Source of the DNA: Verrucomicrobia bacterium UBA3869 | GTDB lineage: Bacteria > Verrucomicrobiota > Verrucomicrobiia > Opitutales > UBA9783 | Direction: 5' to 3' | DNA: 32,000 nt | Assembly: GCA_002392285.1 (NCBI GenBank) | Contig: DGGR01000006.1 | Location: 110-32,109 of the forward strand | Part shown: one piece after another, positions 18,453 through 27,074 of the stretch | Layout of the letters: each line of letters opens with the position of its first letter | Position numbering within the stretch: the stretch's first letter is position 1 | Notes under the pieces: model-generated | Told to the model about the DNA's origin: nothing | Database searches by the model: none | The model's input: only the letters and a program-made list of their open reading frames with translations | Translations under genes and position numbers: made by a program

Positions 18453-19763
18453 ATGGATGTGAAAAAATGGCTCAGTCAATGGGGCGTAATTCTGGCGCTT
18501 TGTGTCAGTATTATCGTGGTTTGCTTTTTGCGTTGCTGTGGCTGGCAGAATGCGACTCTAACGCAAGATTTTGTGCAGGTATGTGAGCTCATCGGAAAAG
18601 TTTTTATGAACGGGCTCAAGATGCTTGTTGTGCCATTGATTGCGGTTTCCCTCATCTGTGGCATGATGGGATTTGGTTCAAAATCTGAATTTAAACGCTT
18701 GGGGCTCAAAACCTTCTTGTTTTATTTTTTAAGCTGTTTTTCGGCCGTGTTGATTGGCTTGTTCTTGGTCAACGTGTTGCGTCCAGGATGCGTTGAAAAG
18801 GATTTAGCGGCTAAAATTCTAGGGCAAGCCAATGTGCTGCCTCAGCAGTTTATTCAATTGGCACACATGGATTCTTCCCGCCTATCGGACTTTTTTTTGC
18901 GCATTATTCCTTCCAACGTGATTCATGCGGCTTCGGATAATACCCAAATTTTGGGTATCATTACCTTTGCTTTGCTATTTGGTTTCTTTGTCGGGCGTTT
19001 ACCGGAAGACTTACGGAAACCGCAATTGGTGTTTTGGGAAGGGATCCAGCATGTTTTGCGCGATATTACCCGCATTGTCATTGCATTTTCACCTATCGGG
19101 GTGTTTGGGTTGGTGACTCCCATTTTGCTGCATACCGGTATCGGTGTTATCCGCCCTCTGTTGTATTTCGTTATGACAGTGTTGATCGGATTTTTCCTGT
19201 ATATGTTCGGGGTCTTGTATCTTCTGTTGCGTTTTGTTGGCAAACTAAAACCTTGGGCGCATTATAAAGCCATGTTTCCGGTTATGTTGATGGCGTTTTC
19301 AACCTCCTCATCGGCAGCCGTTTTGCCTTTGGCGTTGGATAGAGTAGAAACAGTAGCGAAGGTATCACCGCGTATCGCACGCTTTACCTTGCCTTTGGGC
19401 ATTACCATCAATATGTGTGGTACGGCGTTGTATGAATGCGTGGTGGTGCTATTCATTGCCCAGTTGTACCAAGTGACTCAGGGAATTTCTTTCGGGGTGC
19501 TCGATCAATTGATTGTGGTACTGATGGCGTTATTAACCTCCGTTGGGGTTGCAGGAATTCCAGCATCAGCTTTGATTGCTATTACCATGATTGTCAGTTC
19601 TGTTGGCTTACCGATCGAATCAATCGGGGTTATTTGGGTGGTCGAACGTTTATTGGATATGTTCCGTACGCTGGTTAATGTCTTTAATGATACCTGTGGA
19701 ACGGTGATTATTGCTCGAACCGAAGGCGAAACCTTGGCGTATACGACGTCTCATTCTGCTTAA
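18453..19763 (+). CDS. Dicarboxylate/amino acid:cation symporter (DAACS/GltP family)
   Basis: SSSAAVLPLA (HP1 serine motif), LPLGITINMCGTALYE (TM7 NMDGT region, here NMCGT) and VERLLDMFRTLVNVFNDTCGT (TM8, retaining the substrate-binding Arg). Confidence 0.88.
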   Translation: MDVKKWLSQWGVILALCVSIIVVCFLRCCGWQNATLTQDFVQVCELIGKVFMNGLKMLVVPLIAVSLICGMMGFGSKSEFKRLGLKTFLFYFLSCFSAVLIGLFLVNVLRPGCVEKDLAAKILGQANVLPQQFIQLAHMDSSRLSDFFLRIIPSNVIHAASDNTQILGIITFALLFGFFVGRLPEDLRKPQLVFWEGIQHVLRDITRIVIAFSPIGVFGLVTPILLHTGIGVIRPLLYFVMTVLIGFFLYMFGVLYLLLRFVGKLKPWAHYKAMFPVMLMAFSTSSSAAVLPLALDRVETVAKVSPRIARFTLPLGITINMCGTALYECVVVLFIAQLYQVTQGISFGVLDQLIVVLMALLTSVGVAGIPASALIAITMIVSSVGLPIESIGVIWVVERLLDMFRTLVNVFNDTCGTVIIARTEGETLAYTTSHSA

Positions 19764-20683
19764 TGTACGATGGAATGACCGAACGAAAACGATGCGTTGG
19801 GAAGGAACAATGGAGCGCATTAATCGAATCCTTCTTGGGTTATTTAGCGATTGAATGTGGTTTGTCGGCCAACACACAAGCTTCCTACCGTTATGATTTA
19901 CAGCAGTTTTGTGAGCTAAACGCAGGCGTTTCGGTAGAGCGTATCACCCCAGAGCATATTGACCAATGGCAGCAAGCGTTACTGTCGATGAGTCCAACCT
20001 CTCGTGCGCGAAAACTGGCCTGTTTGCGGCGTTTTTTTACCTTTTTATCTAACAGTGGGCAGTTAAAAACGAATCCAATGGTTCAGGCGGTCGCTCCTAA
20101 ATGCGCGCGTCCTTTGCCGCAAACCTTATCAGTCAATGAGGTGGAAGCCTTGCAGAAAAGCATGAGTTTGGTAAGCCCTCAAGGGATGCGCAATCGCGCC
20201 ATGATTTCCTTGATGTATGGCTGTGGGTTGCGTATTTCAGAGGTATGTGGTTTAACCTTGCAGGCGCTGTTCCTTGAGGAAGATGCGCTCAAAATTTACG
20301 GTAAAGGCAGCAAGGAGCGTTGGGTCCCATTAGGGTCAGTCGCCAAAGAGCATTTGCAGTATTATTTGGTTCATGGACGTCCTAAGTTGTTGCGGCCAAA
20401 AAGCGGCAATTTTGTGTTCTTAACCCAACGCGGTACGCCGGTTTCCCGCAAAACCCTTTGGTGTTATTTAAAAGCTTATGGGCAAGCGGTCGGCTTAGGC
20501 CATTCCGTCAAACCCCATGAGTTGCGCCATACCTTTGCAACACATTTGCTGTGTAATGGAGCAGATTTACGCAGCATTCAAGCAATGCTAGGGCACAGCA
20601 ATATTTCCACAACTCAAATTTATACGCACCTCAACCCAACGCAGTTGCGCGAAACCTACGACCGTTATCATACGCGCGCGTAA
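19763..20683 (+). CDS. xerD: Tyrosine site-specific recombinase XerD/XerC
   Basis: N-terminal SAM-like domain (FLGYLAIECGLSANTQASYRYDL). Catalytic domain with GLRISEV, HELRHTFATHLL, GADLRSIQAMLGHSNISTTQIYTH. The XerC versus XerD assignment is not resolved. The start overlaps the upstream stop as TAATG. Confidence 0.85.
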   Translation: MYDGMTERKRCVGKEQWSALIESFLGYLAIECGLSANTQASYRYDLQQFCELNAGVSVERITPEHIDQWQQALLSMSPTSRARKLACLRRFFTFLSNSGQLKTNPMVQAVAPKCARPLPQTLSVNEVEALQKSMSLVSPQGMRNRAMISLMYGCGLRISEVCGLTLQALFLEEDALKIYGKGSKERWVPLGSVAKEHLQYYLVHGRPKLLRPKSGNFVFLTQRGTPVSRKTLWCYLKAYGQAVGLGHSVKPHELRHTFATHLLCNGADLRSIQAMLGHSNISTTQIYTHLNPTQLRETYDRYHTRA

Positions 20684-20723
20684 AGCAAGGTACAAGATTA
20701 GGGGAGGCATTCGCAAAACACGC

Positions 20724-20752
20724 TTGACAAGGGAGGGATAGTTTGTGGAAAT
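20724..20752 (+). promoter_or_regulatory. Candidate sigma-70 promoter upstream of rpsT
   Basis: Perfect -35 TTGACA (20724-20729), a 17-nt spacer, then an extended -10-like TGtGGAAAT (20744-20752) with a weak hexamer. It lies about 30 nt upstream of the rpsT ATG. Confidence 0.3.
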
Positions 20753-20782
20753 AAAACAAAAATTTTTTAGAAGCGATTATTC

Positions 20783-21046
20783 ATGCCTAACCTTAAATCA
20801 TCGAAAAAATCTGTTCGTAAGATAGCAAAATTAACGGCTAAAAATAAGGCCGAAAAGACACGGTTAAAGACCTACACGAAGTATTTAAAGGAAGCTCAGG
20901 AAGCAAAAAATTCCGATCAAATCAAAACGTTGGCCATTAAAGTGATGTCCTTAACGGATAAGGCTCGTAAACATGGGGTTTTGCATCGTAACAAAGCCAA
21001 TCGTGTAAAAAGCCGTTTGTCCGCGCTTATTTTTAAGGCTAAATAA
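20783..21046 (+). CDS. rpsT: 30S ribosomal protein S20
   Basis: 87 aa, very basic. MPNLKSSKKSVRK..NKAEKTRLKT..HRNKANRVKSRL is the typical S20 pattern. Confidence 0.9.
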   Translation: MPNLKSSKKSVRKIAKLTAKNKAEKTRLKTYTKYLKEAQEAKNSDQIKTLAIKVMSLTDKARKHGVLHRNKANRVKSRLSALIFKAK

Positions 21047-21075
21047 GTGAGTTTTTCGGTCGATTGTTAAGAATA

Positions 21076-22146
21076 ATGAATAAGATACGCTTGCCAAGGT
21101 TTATTGCATGGGTATTGTTGGGGCTATTCCCAATGGGAGCCTTACAAGCAGCGACTATTCATGCGTTAGCAGATGCAGCAAGAGCGGAGGTCGCTGATAA
21201 AGTTAAAGAAAAGCAAGAAGTAGAAAAGGTTTTCGCAGCCGCTGAAAAACCTGCACAGCCACATCCGGTTGAGCAGGAGGTTCCTAAAGTACCTGCAAAA
21301 GCAACCGCGCCGGTTGATTCATTTGCGATAAAAGCTGCTCAGGTTAATGATAAGGTTATTTTTTGTAATGAGGTGTATGACCGTATGAATGCTTGGAATG
21401 TGTCGTACGCTAAAGCATTGGATAGCTTGATCGAAGCACAGCTCGTTTTACAGTATTTCGAAAAGAATAAAGGAAAGATTCCTGAAGCCCATATTGAGTT
21501 GGAAATGGAAGGAATCGAGGAGAAAAATTTCAAAGGGGATCGTAGCCGTTTGCATCAAGCGTTGAGCAGCGAAGGGAAATCCTTATACGGCGTTAAAGAA
21601 AACATCCGCAATTCCATTATTATTGATGTTGTACGCGGACAAATTATGCGCGAAGGAACTAATGCGGCTCCTAAGAAGATTCGTCGGTATTATGATACCC
21701 ATTTGGATCAATTTAAAGTTAATGCGCGCTACTGCATCCAACACAGCGGGTTTAAAGATTCTGACAGTATTCAAACGGATAACGGAGAAATGACCAAGGG
21801 TGATTATTTCCGAAAATTATTGATGAAGAAGATGGAGCTAGCTAAGATGCAAAAGTTGTTAGATAGCTTTAAAAACAAGCCGGTTTGGTATGATGAAACG
21901 GAACTTGATCCGGAGCTATGCAAATTACCCGTTGGTGGTCATACGCAGTATCAAAAGAGTGGCGATCTATGGGTGGTGAGTACGCTGGTAGATAAGCAAG
22001 AAGCTTATGTAAAATCTTATACGGATGTTTATACCGAAATTGAACGTTATTTAAAGCGGCAAAATGGGCAAAAGCGTTATCGTGATTTCATAGAACAGTT
22101 GCGCAATGACGCTTCGATTGAAATTTATCCGCAGCCTGCTCATTAA
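21076..22146 (+). CDS. Secreted SurA/PpiD-like periplasmic chaperone (SurA N-terminal-like domain, degenerate parvulin-like C-terminus)
   Basis: Signal peptide MNKIRLPRFIAWVLLGLFPMGALQA. The region VIFCNEVYDRM..LIEAQLVLQYFEKNKGKIPEAHIELEM..IRNSIIIDVVRGQI..KIRRYYDTHLDQFK follows the SurA_N pattern. The assignment is by pattern only. Confidence 0.45.
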   Translation: MNKIRLPRFIAWVLLGLFPMGALQAATIHALADAARAEVADKVKEKQEVEKVFAAAEKPAQPHPVEQEVPKVPAKATAPVDSFAIKAAQVNDKVIFCNEVYDRMNAWNVSYAKALDSLIEAQLVLQYFEKNKGKIPEAHIELEMEGIEEKNFKGDRSRLHQALSSEGKSLYGVKENIRNSIIIDVVRGQIMREGTNAAPKKIRRYYDTHLDQFKVNARYCIQHSGFKDSDSIQTDNGEMTKGDYFRKLLMKKMELAKMQKLLDSFKNKPVWYDETELDPELCKLPVGGHTQYQKSGDLWVVSTLVDKQEAYVKSYTDVYTEIERYLKRQNGQKRYRDFIEQLRNDASIEIYPQPAH

Positions 22147-22154
22147 AACACAAG

Positions 22155-22175
22155 CCCATTGTTATTTAAAATGGG
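22155..22175. terminator. Weak hairpin between the convergent SurA-like gene and ychF
   Basis: CCCATT (22155-22160) pairs with AATGGG (22170-22175) across a 9-nt loop. CTTTTCTCT follows on the plus strand and TGTGTTTTAATG on the minus strand. The stem is only 6 bp. Confidence 0.25.
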
Positions 22176-22225
22176 ATGCAGCTTTTCTCTTAACTGTTAC
22201 GCCTGACCATGTACCCTGTTGGTAC

Positions 22226-23329
22226 TTATTGCGTTTTATTGAATTTAAATACGGCAATATCGCCTTCTTGGAAGACGTAATCTTTGCCTTCTAAGCGAAT
22301 TTTCCCTTTATCCCGTGCGCCTAAAAATCCGTTGTAGGCAATGAAGTCTTCGTAGGATAAGATTTCTGCCTTGATAAACCCTTTTTGGAAATCGGTATGA
22401 ATAATACCTGCGCATTCGGGAGCTTTCATGCCGAGTTTAAAAGTCCAAGCGTGTACTTCTTTAGGGCCTGCTGTAAAAAAAGAGGCAAGCCCCAAGAGGC
22501 GATAGGCGCTTTGAATCAATTGTTGAGCACCGCTGCTTTTTACCCCTAATTCTTTAAGGTATTGAGCGGCTTCATCGGGAGCCAGTGCCTGCAAATCTGA
22601 TTCTAGCTTACCGGATATAAAACAAAGGCTATTGGGATCCTTGATGTACGCTTGCAGCTGACATACATGCGGATTGGCGTTCAAATCTTGTAAATCGGAT
22701 TCAGCCACATTACCGACATATAGGGTCGGCTTTTGGGTCAGCAAACAAAAGGTTTTAATAAATTCTGTTTCTTCCGGATCTAACGGCAAAGTACGTGCAG
22801 GGTGACCCGCATTTAAATGCGCGTTTAGCTTTTTGAGTAATTCAAGCGTTTTTTTAGCCACCTTATCGTTTGATTTGGCTTTTTTCTCCCATGAATCAAG
22901 CTGCTTTTGAATGGATTGAAGGTCGGCGAGCAAAAGTTCAGTCTGTATCACTTCAATATCCCGGACAGGATCAATGGAATCTAAGGTATGCGTTATGTTG
23001 GAGTCTTCAAAACAACGAACTACTTGAACAATCGCATGGGTTTCGCGGATATGAGCTAAGAATTTGTTCCCGAGGCCTTCTCCTTGACTGGCTCCTTTAA
23101 CCAAACCTGCTATGTCCACTAATTCAATAGCAGCTGGGACGATTTTTTCGGTATGAACCAACCGCGCTAATGCTTCCAAACGGTCATCAGGAACGGTTAC
23201 GGTCCCCACATTGGGTTCAATCGTACAAAATGGATAATTAGCAGCTTCTGCGTTATAACCCTTTGTGATGGCATTGAACAAAGTACTTTTCCCAACGTTC
23301 GGTAGACCAACAATCCCTACACTTAACAT
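22226..23329 (-). CDS. ychF: Ribosome-binding ATPase YchF (Obg-family GTPase/ATPase)
   Basis: MLSVGIVGLPNVGKSTLFNAIT.. (P-loop), DIAGLVKGASQGEGLGN, and a C-terminal TGS-like region FIKAE..EGKDYVFQEGDI. ATG 23329 is preferred over the track's TTG 23335. Confidence 0.92.
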   Translation of the reverse strand: MLSVGIVGLPNVGKSTLFNAITKGYNAEAANYPFCTIEPNVGTVTVPDDRLEALARLVHTEKIVPAAIELVDIAGLVKGASQGEGLGNKFLAHIRETHAIVQVVRCFEDSNITHTLDSIDPVRDIEVIQTELLLADLQSIQKQLDSWEKKAKSNDKVAKKTLELLKKLNAHLNAGHPARTLPLDPEETEFIKTFCLLTQKPTLYVGNVAESDLQDLNANPHVCQLQAYIKDPNSLCFISGKLESDLQALAPDEAAQYLKELGVKSSGAQQLIQSAYRLLGLASFFTAGPKEVHAWTFKLGMKAPECAGIIHTDFQKGFIKAEILSYEDFIAYNGFLGARDKGKIRLEGKDYVFQEGDIAVFKFNKTQ

Positions 23330-23376
23330 AATCAACCTTAGCGTAGAGATTGCAGGGGAAAAGGAAATATAAAAAA

Positions 23377-23922
23377 TTATAATTCTAATGCTTTGTACGC
23401 TAAGGGATTTTTGTCCGGTTCATGTTCCACAATGTAAAAAACAGTGCTGTTTTGTACAGGAACAACCGTAGCTTTTTGAGGAATTTCCAGCTGTTGATCG
23501 GATATAGGATAAGTTTGGTTCGAACGCTTATCGCGTAGCGTTGCGGTAAAACGATTGGGAATCGAGGTATAGCGGTTGAGCTTGAGTATATAACACACGC
23601 CGCTCGTTGAGCTTTTAACCTCAAGGGAATCACTATCCTTTAGGTAACGAAGCAAAGTGATATCCTTATAAGTTTCTTTAAGTGATAGCATACCTACCGA
23701 ACCATCATCAGATTTGATAATAAATTGCGTACCTTTGACTCCCGCAATGCATCCCTGATAACGATAGGGATAATGAGCTGGCTGAAAGTCTTCTAGGACA
23801 AAGTGTTGTTGATTTTTATAGGTTTTAAGGGCGTCGAAAAGGTCGTCAGCGTGTACATGCGGATATCCTAAGACCATTAGGGCTAAAATGAAATAGCAGC
23901 GGGATCGGTTGAAGTGCATCAT
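23377..23922 (-). CDS. Hypothetical secreted protein (181 aa), no recognisable family
   Basis: N-terminal signal-like MMHFNRSRCYFILALMVLGYPHVHA|DD. The start lies 4 nt after the stop of the upstream ATPase gene. I recognise no motifs. Confidence 0.5.
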   Translation of the reverse strand: MMHFNRSRCYFILALMVLGYPHVHADDLFDALKTYKNQQHFVLEDFQPAHYPYRYQGCIAGVKGTQFIIKSDDGSVGMLSLKETYKDITLLRYLKDSDSLEVKSSTSGVCYILKLNRYTSIPNRFTATLRDKRSNQTYPISDQQLEIPQKATVVPVQNSTVFYIVEHEPDKNPLAYKALEL

Positions 23923-23926
23923 AACG

Positions 23927-25117
23927 TTAGTCGGTTGAAGTTAACTCCCACTCAAACGTGGGTTGTTGCTCAGGGGTATTAGGGTCCCAAGTTTGGTGAA
24001 TTTGCAAACGAACACTGTTTTTGAATTCCCCTAAATCAATCCCCAATTCCTGGCAACGGGTTGCGGTAAGTCCTAGGTGGTTAACATGGAGCGTTGCGAT
24101 TACTAGATAACCCGCCAAACTGGCGTGAAAAGCTGCTTGGGCACTTTGTTTATCACGCACCTCACCCACCATAACCACATCGGGGTCTTGCCGCAGAATG
24201 CACTTAAGCGCTTCATCAAAGGTATAACCAATCGATTCCTTTATTTCCGTTTGCACCCAATCATCCTGAATAGCTTCAATCGGGTCTTCTACCGAGATAA
24301 CCTGCTTCCCTTGCCGCGACAAAAATTGTCCCAGGGCATAGAGCGTGGTGGTTTTACCGCTACCGGTTGTTCCGGAAATGAGGATCATTCCATTGCGCCA
24401 TTGGGGTAGCGATTGGGTTAACAACTGTAATAATTCTGATGGGAGTGCTAACCGATGGAGGTCGAACGAAAAAAGCGATGGATTGAAGAGGCGAAGGTTG
24501 ATAGTTTGCGAATCCGCAGTAGACAAGTAAGATACGCGGCAAAAATACGATTGGTTGTTGTTGGTATAGTGGCAATGCCCTTCCTGTTGATTAACGCTTT
24601 CATTCGGCGTTAGGTTGCTGATGGCCAACAAACTGCGGATGTAGGTTAGCCCTTGCTTAAATTCCAACGGTTTGGGTTCAGTTAATGTACGTTGGCAGCG
24701 GAATTGTAGGGTAGCATTGGGTTGGCTTAGGTTGATGAAAATATCGGAGGCTTTTAATTGAAGAGCCTTTTGAAATAGTGGTTTAAAGGGCAAAGTTGGG
24801 GTTAGCTCTTCCGTTTGCTTTTCTAAAAAAGACGACTTTTCTGCCAAAACCCAATGGCAATCGGTTGCCCATTCGAGTGCTTGTAAATCTTGCGCCTGAA
24901 TCCCTTTAGGTGCGTATAAAATATAAGTATTATCCCCAACGGATTGATAATGAAAACCCAGTTGGTTCAGCAAAAGAAACGCATCCTTAGCTTGATGGGG
25001 CTTAAGGTGAGTAAAGCTTTGTCCTAAATTATGCCGTTTTATGGCACTGAGAACATGAATTACCGCTGCCTTTAGAGCAGTTCGAACAGGATGAGTTACC
25101 TTTGAAATCTGTTTCAT
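23927..25117 (-). CDS. Type II secretion / type IV pilus-family assembly ATPase (GspE/PilB/ComGA-like), short form
   Basis: Walker A GTTGSGKTTT, Asp box ISVEDPIE, Walker B DPDVVMVGEVRD, His box ATLHVN. An N2-like domain precedes them (ASDIFINL..LQFRCQ..CRVSYLST..INLRLFN). There is no tetra-Cys Zn motif and the C-terminus is short. ATG 25117 overlaps fmdB by 89 nt. The alternative start TTG 24973 (AAGGA 10 nt upstream) would give 348 aa with no overlap. Confidence 0.8.
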   Translation of the reverse strand: MKQISKVTHPVRTALKAAVIHVLSAIKRHNLGQSFTHLKPHQAKDAFLLLNQLGFHYQSVGDNTYILYAPKGIQAQDLQALEWATDCHWVLAEKSSFLEKQTEELTPTLPFKPLFQKALQLKASDIFINLSQPNATLQFRCQRTLTEPKPLEFKQGLTYIRSLLAISNLTPNESVNQQEGHCHYTNNNQSYFCRVSYLSTADSQTINLRLFNPSLFSFDLHRLALPSELLQLLTQSLPQWRNGMILISGTTGSGKTTTLYALGQFLSRQGKQVISVEDPIEAIQDDWVQTEIKESIGYTFDEALKCILRQDPDVVMVGEVRDKQSAQAAFHASLAGYLVIATLHVNHLGLTATRCQELGIDLGEFKNSVRLQIHQTWDPNTPEQQPTFEWELTSTD

Positions 25118-25280
25118 AAAACCCGGTGCCTTTAAAGATAAACCCTGATCCGGTTCCCCATTGCTTTTTTAACGTTGGTTTCTTACATTTGGGGCATATC
25201 GTTTTAGGTGCCTCAGACATGGAATGATATATTTCAAACCGTTCGTTACACGCTTTACAGATATAATCGTAAGTAGGCAT
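25029..25280 (-). CDS. FmdB-family zinc-ribbon protein
   Basis: MPTYDYICKACNERFEIYHSMSEAPKTICPKCKK..FIFKGTGFYETDF carries a CxxC...CxxC ribbon and the GxGFYxTD motif. The C-terminal tail is Cys/Ser-rich (SSCSNCSKGSGNSCSQC). Confidence 0.85.
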   Translation of the reverse strand: MPTYDYICKACNERFEIYHSMSEAPKTICPKCKKPTLKKQWGTGSGFIFKGTGFYETDFKGNSSCSNCSKGSGNSCSQCHKTA

Positions 25281-25343
25281 AATTCTATTAATGCAGTACC
25301 CTTTGGCGAAGTTGCAAGTTTAAAATACCCTGAATTGCTTACA

Positions 25344-26357
25344 TTAGCTAAGAGAGGTCAAAATGGCTTGAATCCATCGTTTATGGGGACCGCTCAATGG
25401 GTATTGGTTGAGTGCTTTGATCGGAAGCCATTGAGCCTTCCATTGATGAATGAGCTTGGTTGGTAATGCGACAGATGGAGGCAGGCTATAGAGCGTTTCG
25501 GTATAGGTTGTATTACCGATGCGACGTTTCCCAGTAAAAATAGGCTGTAACTCAGGTAGTTGGGTGCGCTGATCAGGACTTAACTCAGGCAGTTCGAGTA
25601 AGGTTACCGAGGTGCGGGTTGCAATCGTAGAAGGGGCTAATAATAAGGCATTGGCGTTAAGATGCCACAAGCGGTGTTTTTGCTTTTGAAGCTCCTTTGC
25701 CTTAAGAAATTGCGGGCAAGTGCTTTGGGTATGAAGCTGAAAAGCTTGGCAATCAACGCGTAACGGGCATTGGGAGCACACAGGATGCGTTTTGGTACAA
25801 ACGGTAGCACCGCATTCCATCAAAGCTTCGTTAAATACCCCCGGATGGGTTTGGTCAAAGTACCGTTGTAAATAAGGTTGTACCCAGGTTCGAGCAGTTG
25901 CTTGGCTCGTAAATACTTCTGAGTGGTTGAGCAAGCGTGCTAACACACGGATGACATTACCATCGATGGTCATGACCGGTTCGTTAAACGCAATGCTGGC
26001 AATAGCTGCAGCTGTGTAGGGTCCTATGCCGGGACAAGTCAGTAATTCCGCATAGGTCGTTACGGGTCGATGGATAAAGGTTTGCGCAAACGCATGCAGG
26101 TGCTTTGCCCGTGTATAGTATCCGAGCCCTGACCATACAGCTAAAACGGAGGTCAAAGGGGCTTGCGCTAACGCTTGGAAGGATGGAAATTCCTGCATCC
26201 ACCGTTCAAAGTAAGGCAGCATGGTTTTAATTTGGGTTTGCTGCAGCATAAATTCCGACACAACGGTTTTATAGACGGATGGATTTTGACGCCACGGCAA
26301 GCGGCGTGCGTGTTGTTTAAACCAAGCGATTAGGTTGAGCGTAGCGGGATTCTGCAT
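25344..26357 (-). CDS. mutY: A/G-specific adenine DNA glycosylase MutY
   Basis: HhH-GPD region (VSEFMLQQTQ, LTCPGIGPYTAAAIASIAF, DGNVIRVLAR). 4Fe-4S loop CTKTHPVCSQCPLRVDC. A C-terminal NUDIX-like domain is present. Confidence 0.9.
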   Translation of the reverse strand: MQNPATLNLIAWFKQHARRLPWRQNPSVYKTVVSEFMLQQTQIKTMLPYFERWMQEFPSFQALAQAPLTSVLAVWSGLGYYTRAKHLHAFAQTFIHRPVTTYAELLTCPGIGPYTAAAIASIAFNEPVMTIDGNVIRVLARLLNHSEVFTSQATARTWVQPYLQRYFDQTHPGVFNEALMECGATVCTKTHPVCSQCPLRVDCQAFQLHTQSTCPQFLKAKELQKQKHRLWHLNANALLLAPSTIATRTSVTLLELPELSPDQRTQLPELQPIFTGKRRIGNTTYTETLYSLPPSVALPTKLIHQWKAQWLPIKALNQYPLSGPHKRWIQAILTSLS

Positions 26358-27053
26358 TTACCACAACATGCCGTCGAATCCATATGCATGGACTCCTGTC
26401 GGAACTGCTTGTTGAATGTTTTGAATTGGTTTGCCTGTCTGGTAATCTACTAAGACTTCTTGTGCATTGGTACAGAATTTAGTATGGCCGTCCAAGAATA
26501 CGATGATGCCGCCGCTAGTTCCATAGGGGCTGTCAGACGACCAGGTGCCATCGATCTGTAATCCTTTTGAAAACAAAATGGGGGTAGTATCCGCTGGATC
26601 ATCGGATGGTATAGGGTATAAGAAGATGTAATCGCTGTGCTGGAGATTCCCTAAATCATGGCCTGCCTTATCCACAACTGCCAGATTTTTTCGGGTGCGT
26701 AGATTGGAATAATAATAGCGAATGTTGTTTAAATGATGCCGATAAGCTAGTTCGAAAATCAACGGTTTGCTGCTGGTAATAGGCTGATCATCGGGCATAC
26801 TACATGCTTCCCAAGTTTCACGATAGATAAGTGCCATTTGATGAACATTCTGTAGGTCGATGGTAATGTACGCCTTTTGCAGGATTTTGTTTCCTAGGGG
26901 GAAGAGGATCGACATCAAAATTCCTATGATAGATAGCACAATCATAAGCTCGGTAAGCGTAAATCCAAAACACTTTTGTAGCTCTTTGAAATAGGGAATA
27001 GATACGGTAGGAGTTTTGTTGGATTGTCTTACCGTGAATTTCTTAACTATCAT
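26358..27053 (-). CDS. Prepilin-type N-terminal cleavage/methylation domain protein (pseudopilin-like, of the kind expanded in PVC bacteria)
   Basis: Class III signal ..KCFG|FTLTELMIVLSIIGILMSILFP, with Glu at +5. The C-terminal region contains GGIIVFLDGHTKF, resembling the conserved FxDGH segment of PVC pseudopilin-like proteins. The TAA stop directly abuts the mutY ATG (TAAATG). Confidence 0.8.
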   Translation of the reverse strand: MIVKKFTVRQSNKTPTVSIPYFKELQKCFGFTLTELMIVLSIIGILMSILFPLGNKILQKAYITIDLQNVHQMALIYRETWEACSMPDDQPITSSKPLIFELAYRHHLNNIRYYYSNLRTRKNLAVVDKAGHDLGNLQHSDYIFLYPIPSDDPADTTPILFSKGLQIDGTWSSDSPYGTSGGIIVFLDGHTKFCTNAQEVLVDYQTGKPIQNIQQAVPTGVHAYGFDGMLW

Positions 27054-27074
27054 GTAGAAGAAACGTTTCCCTTT

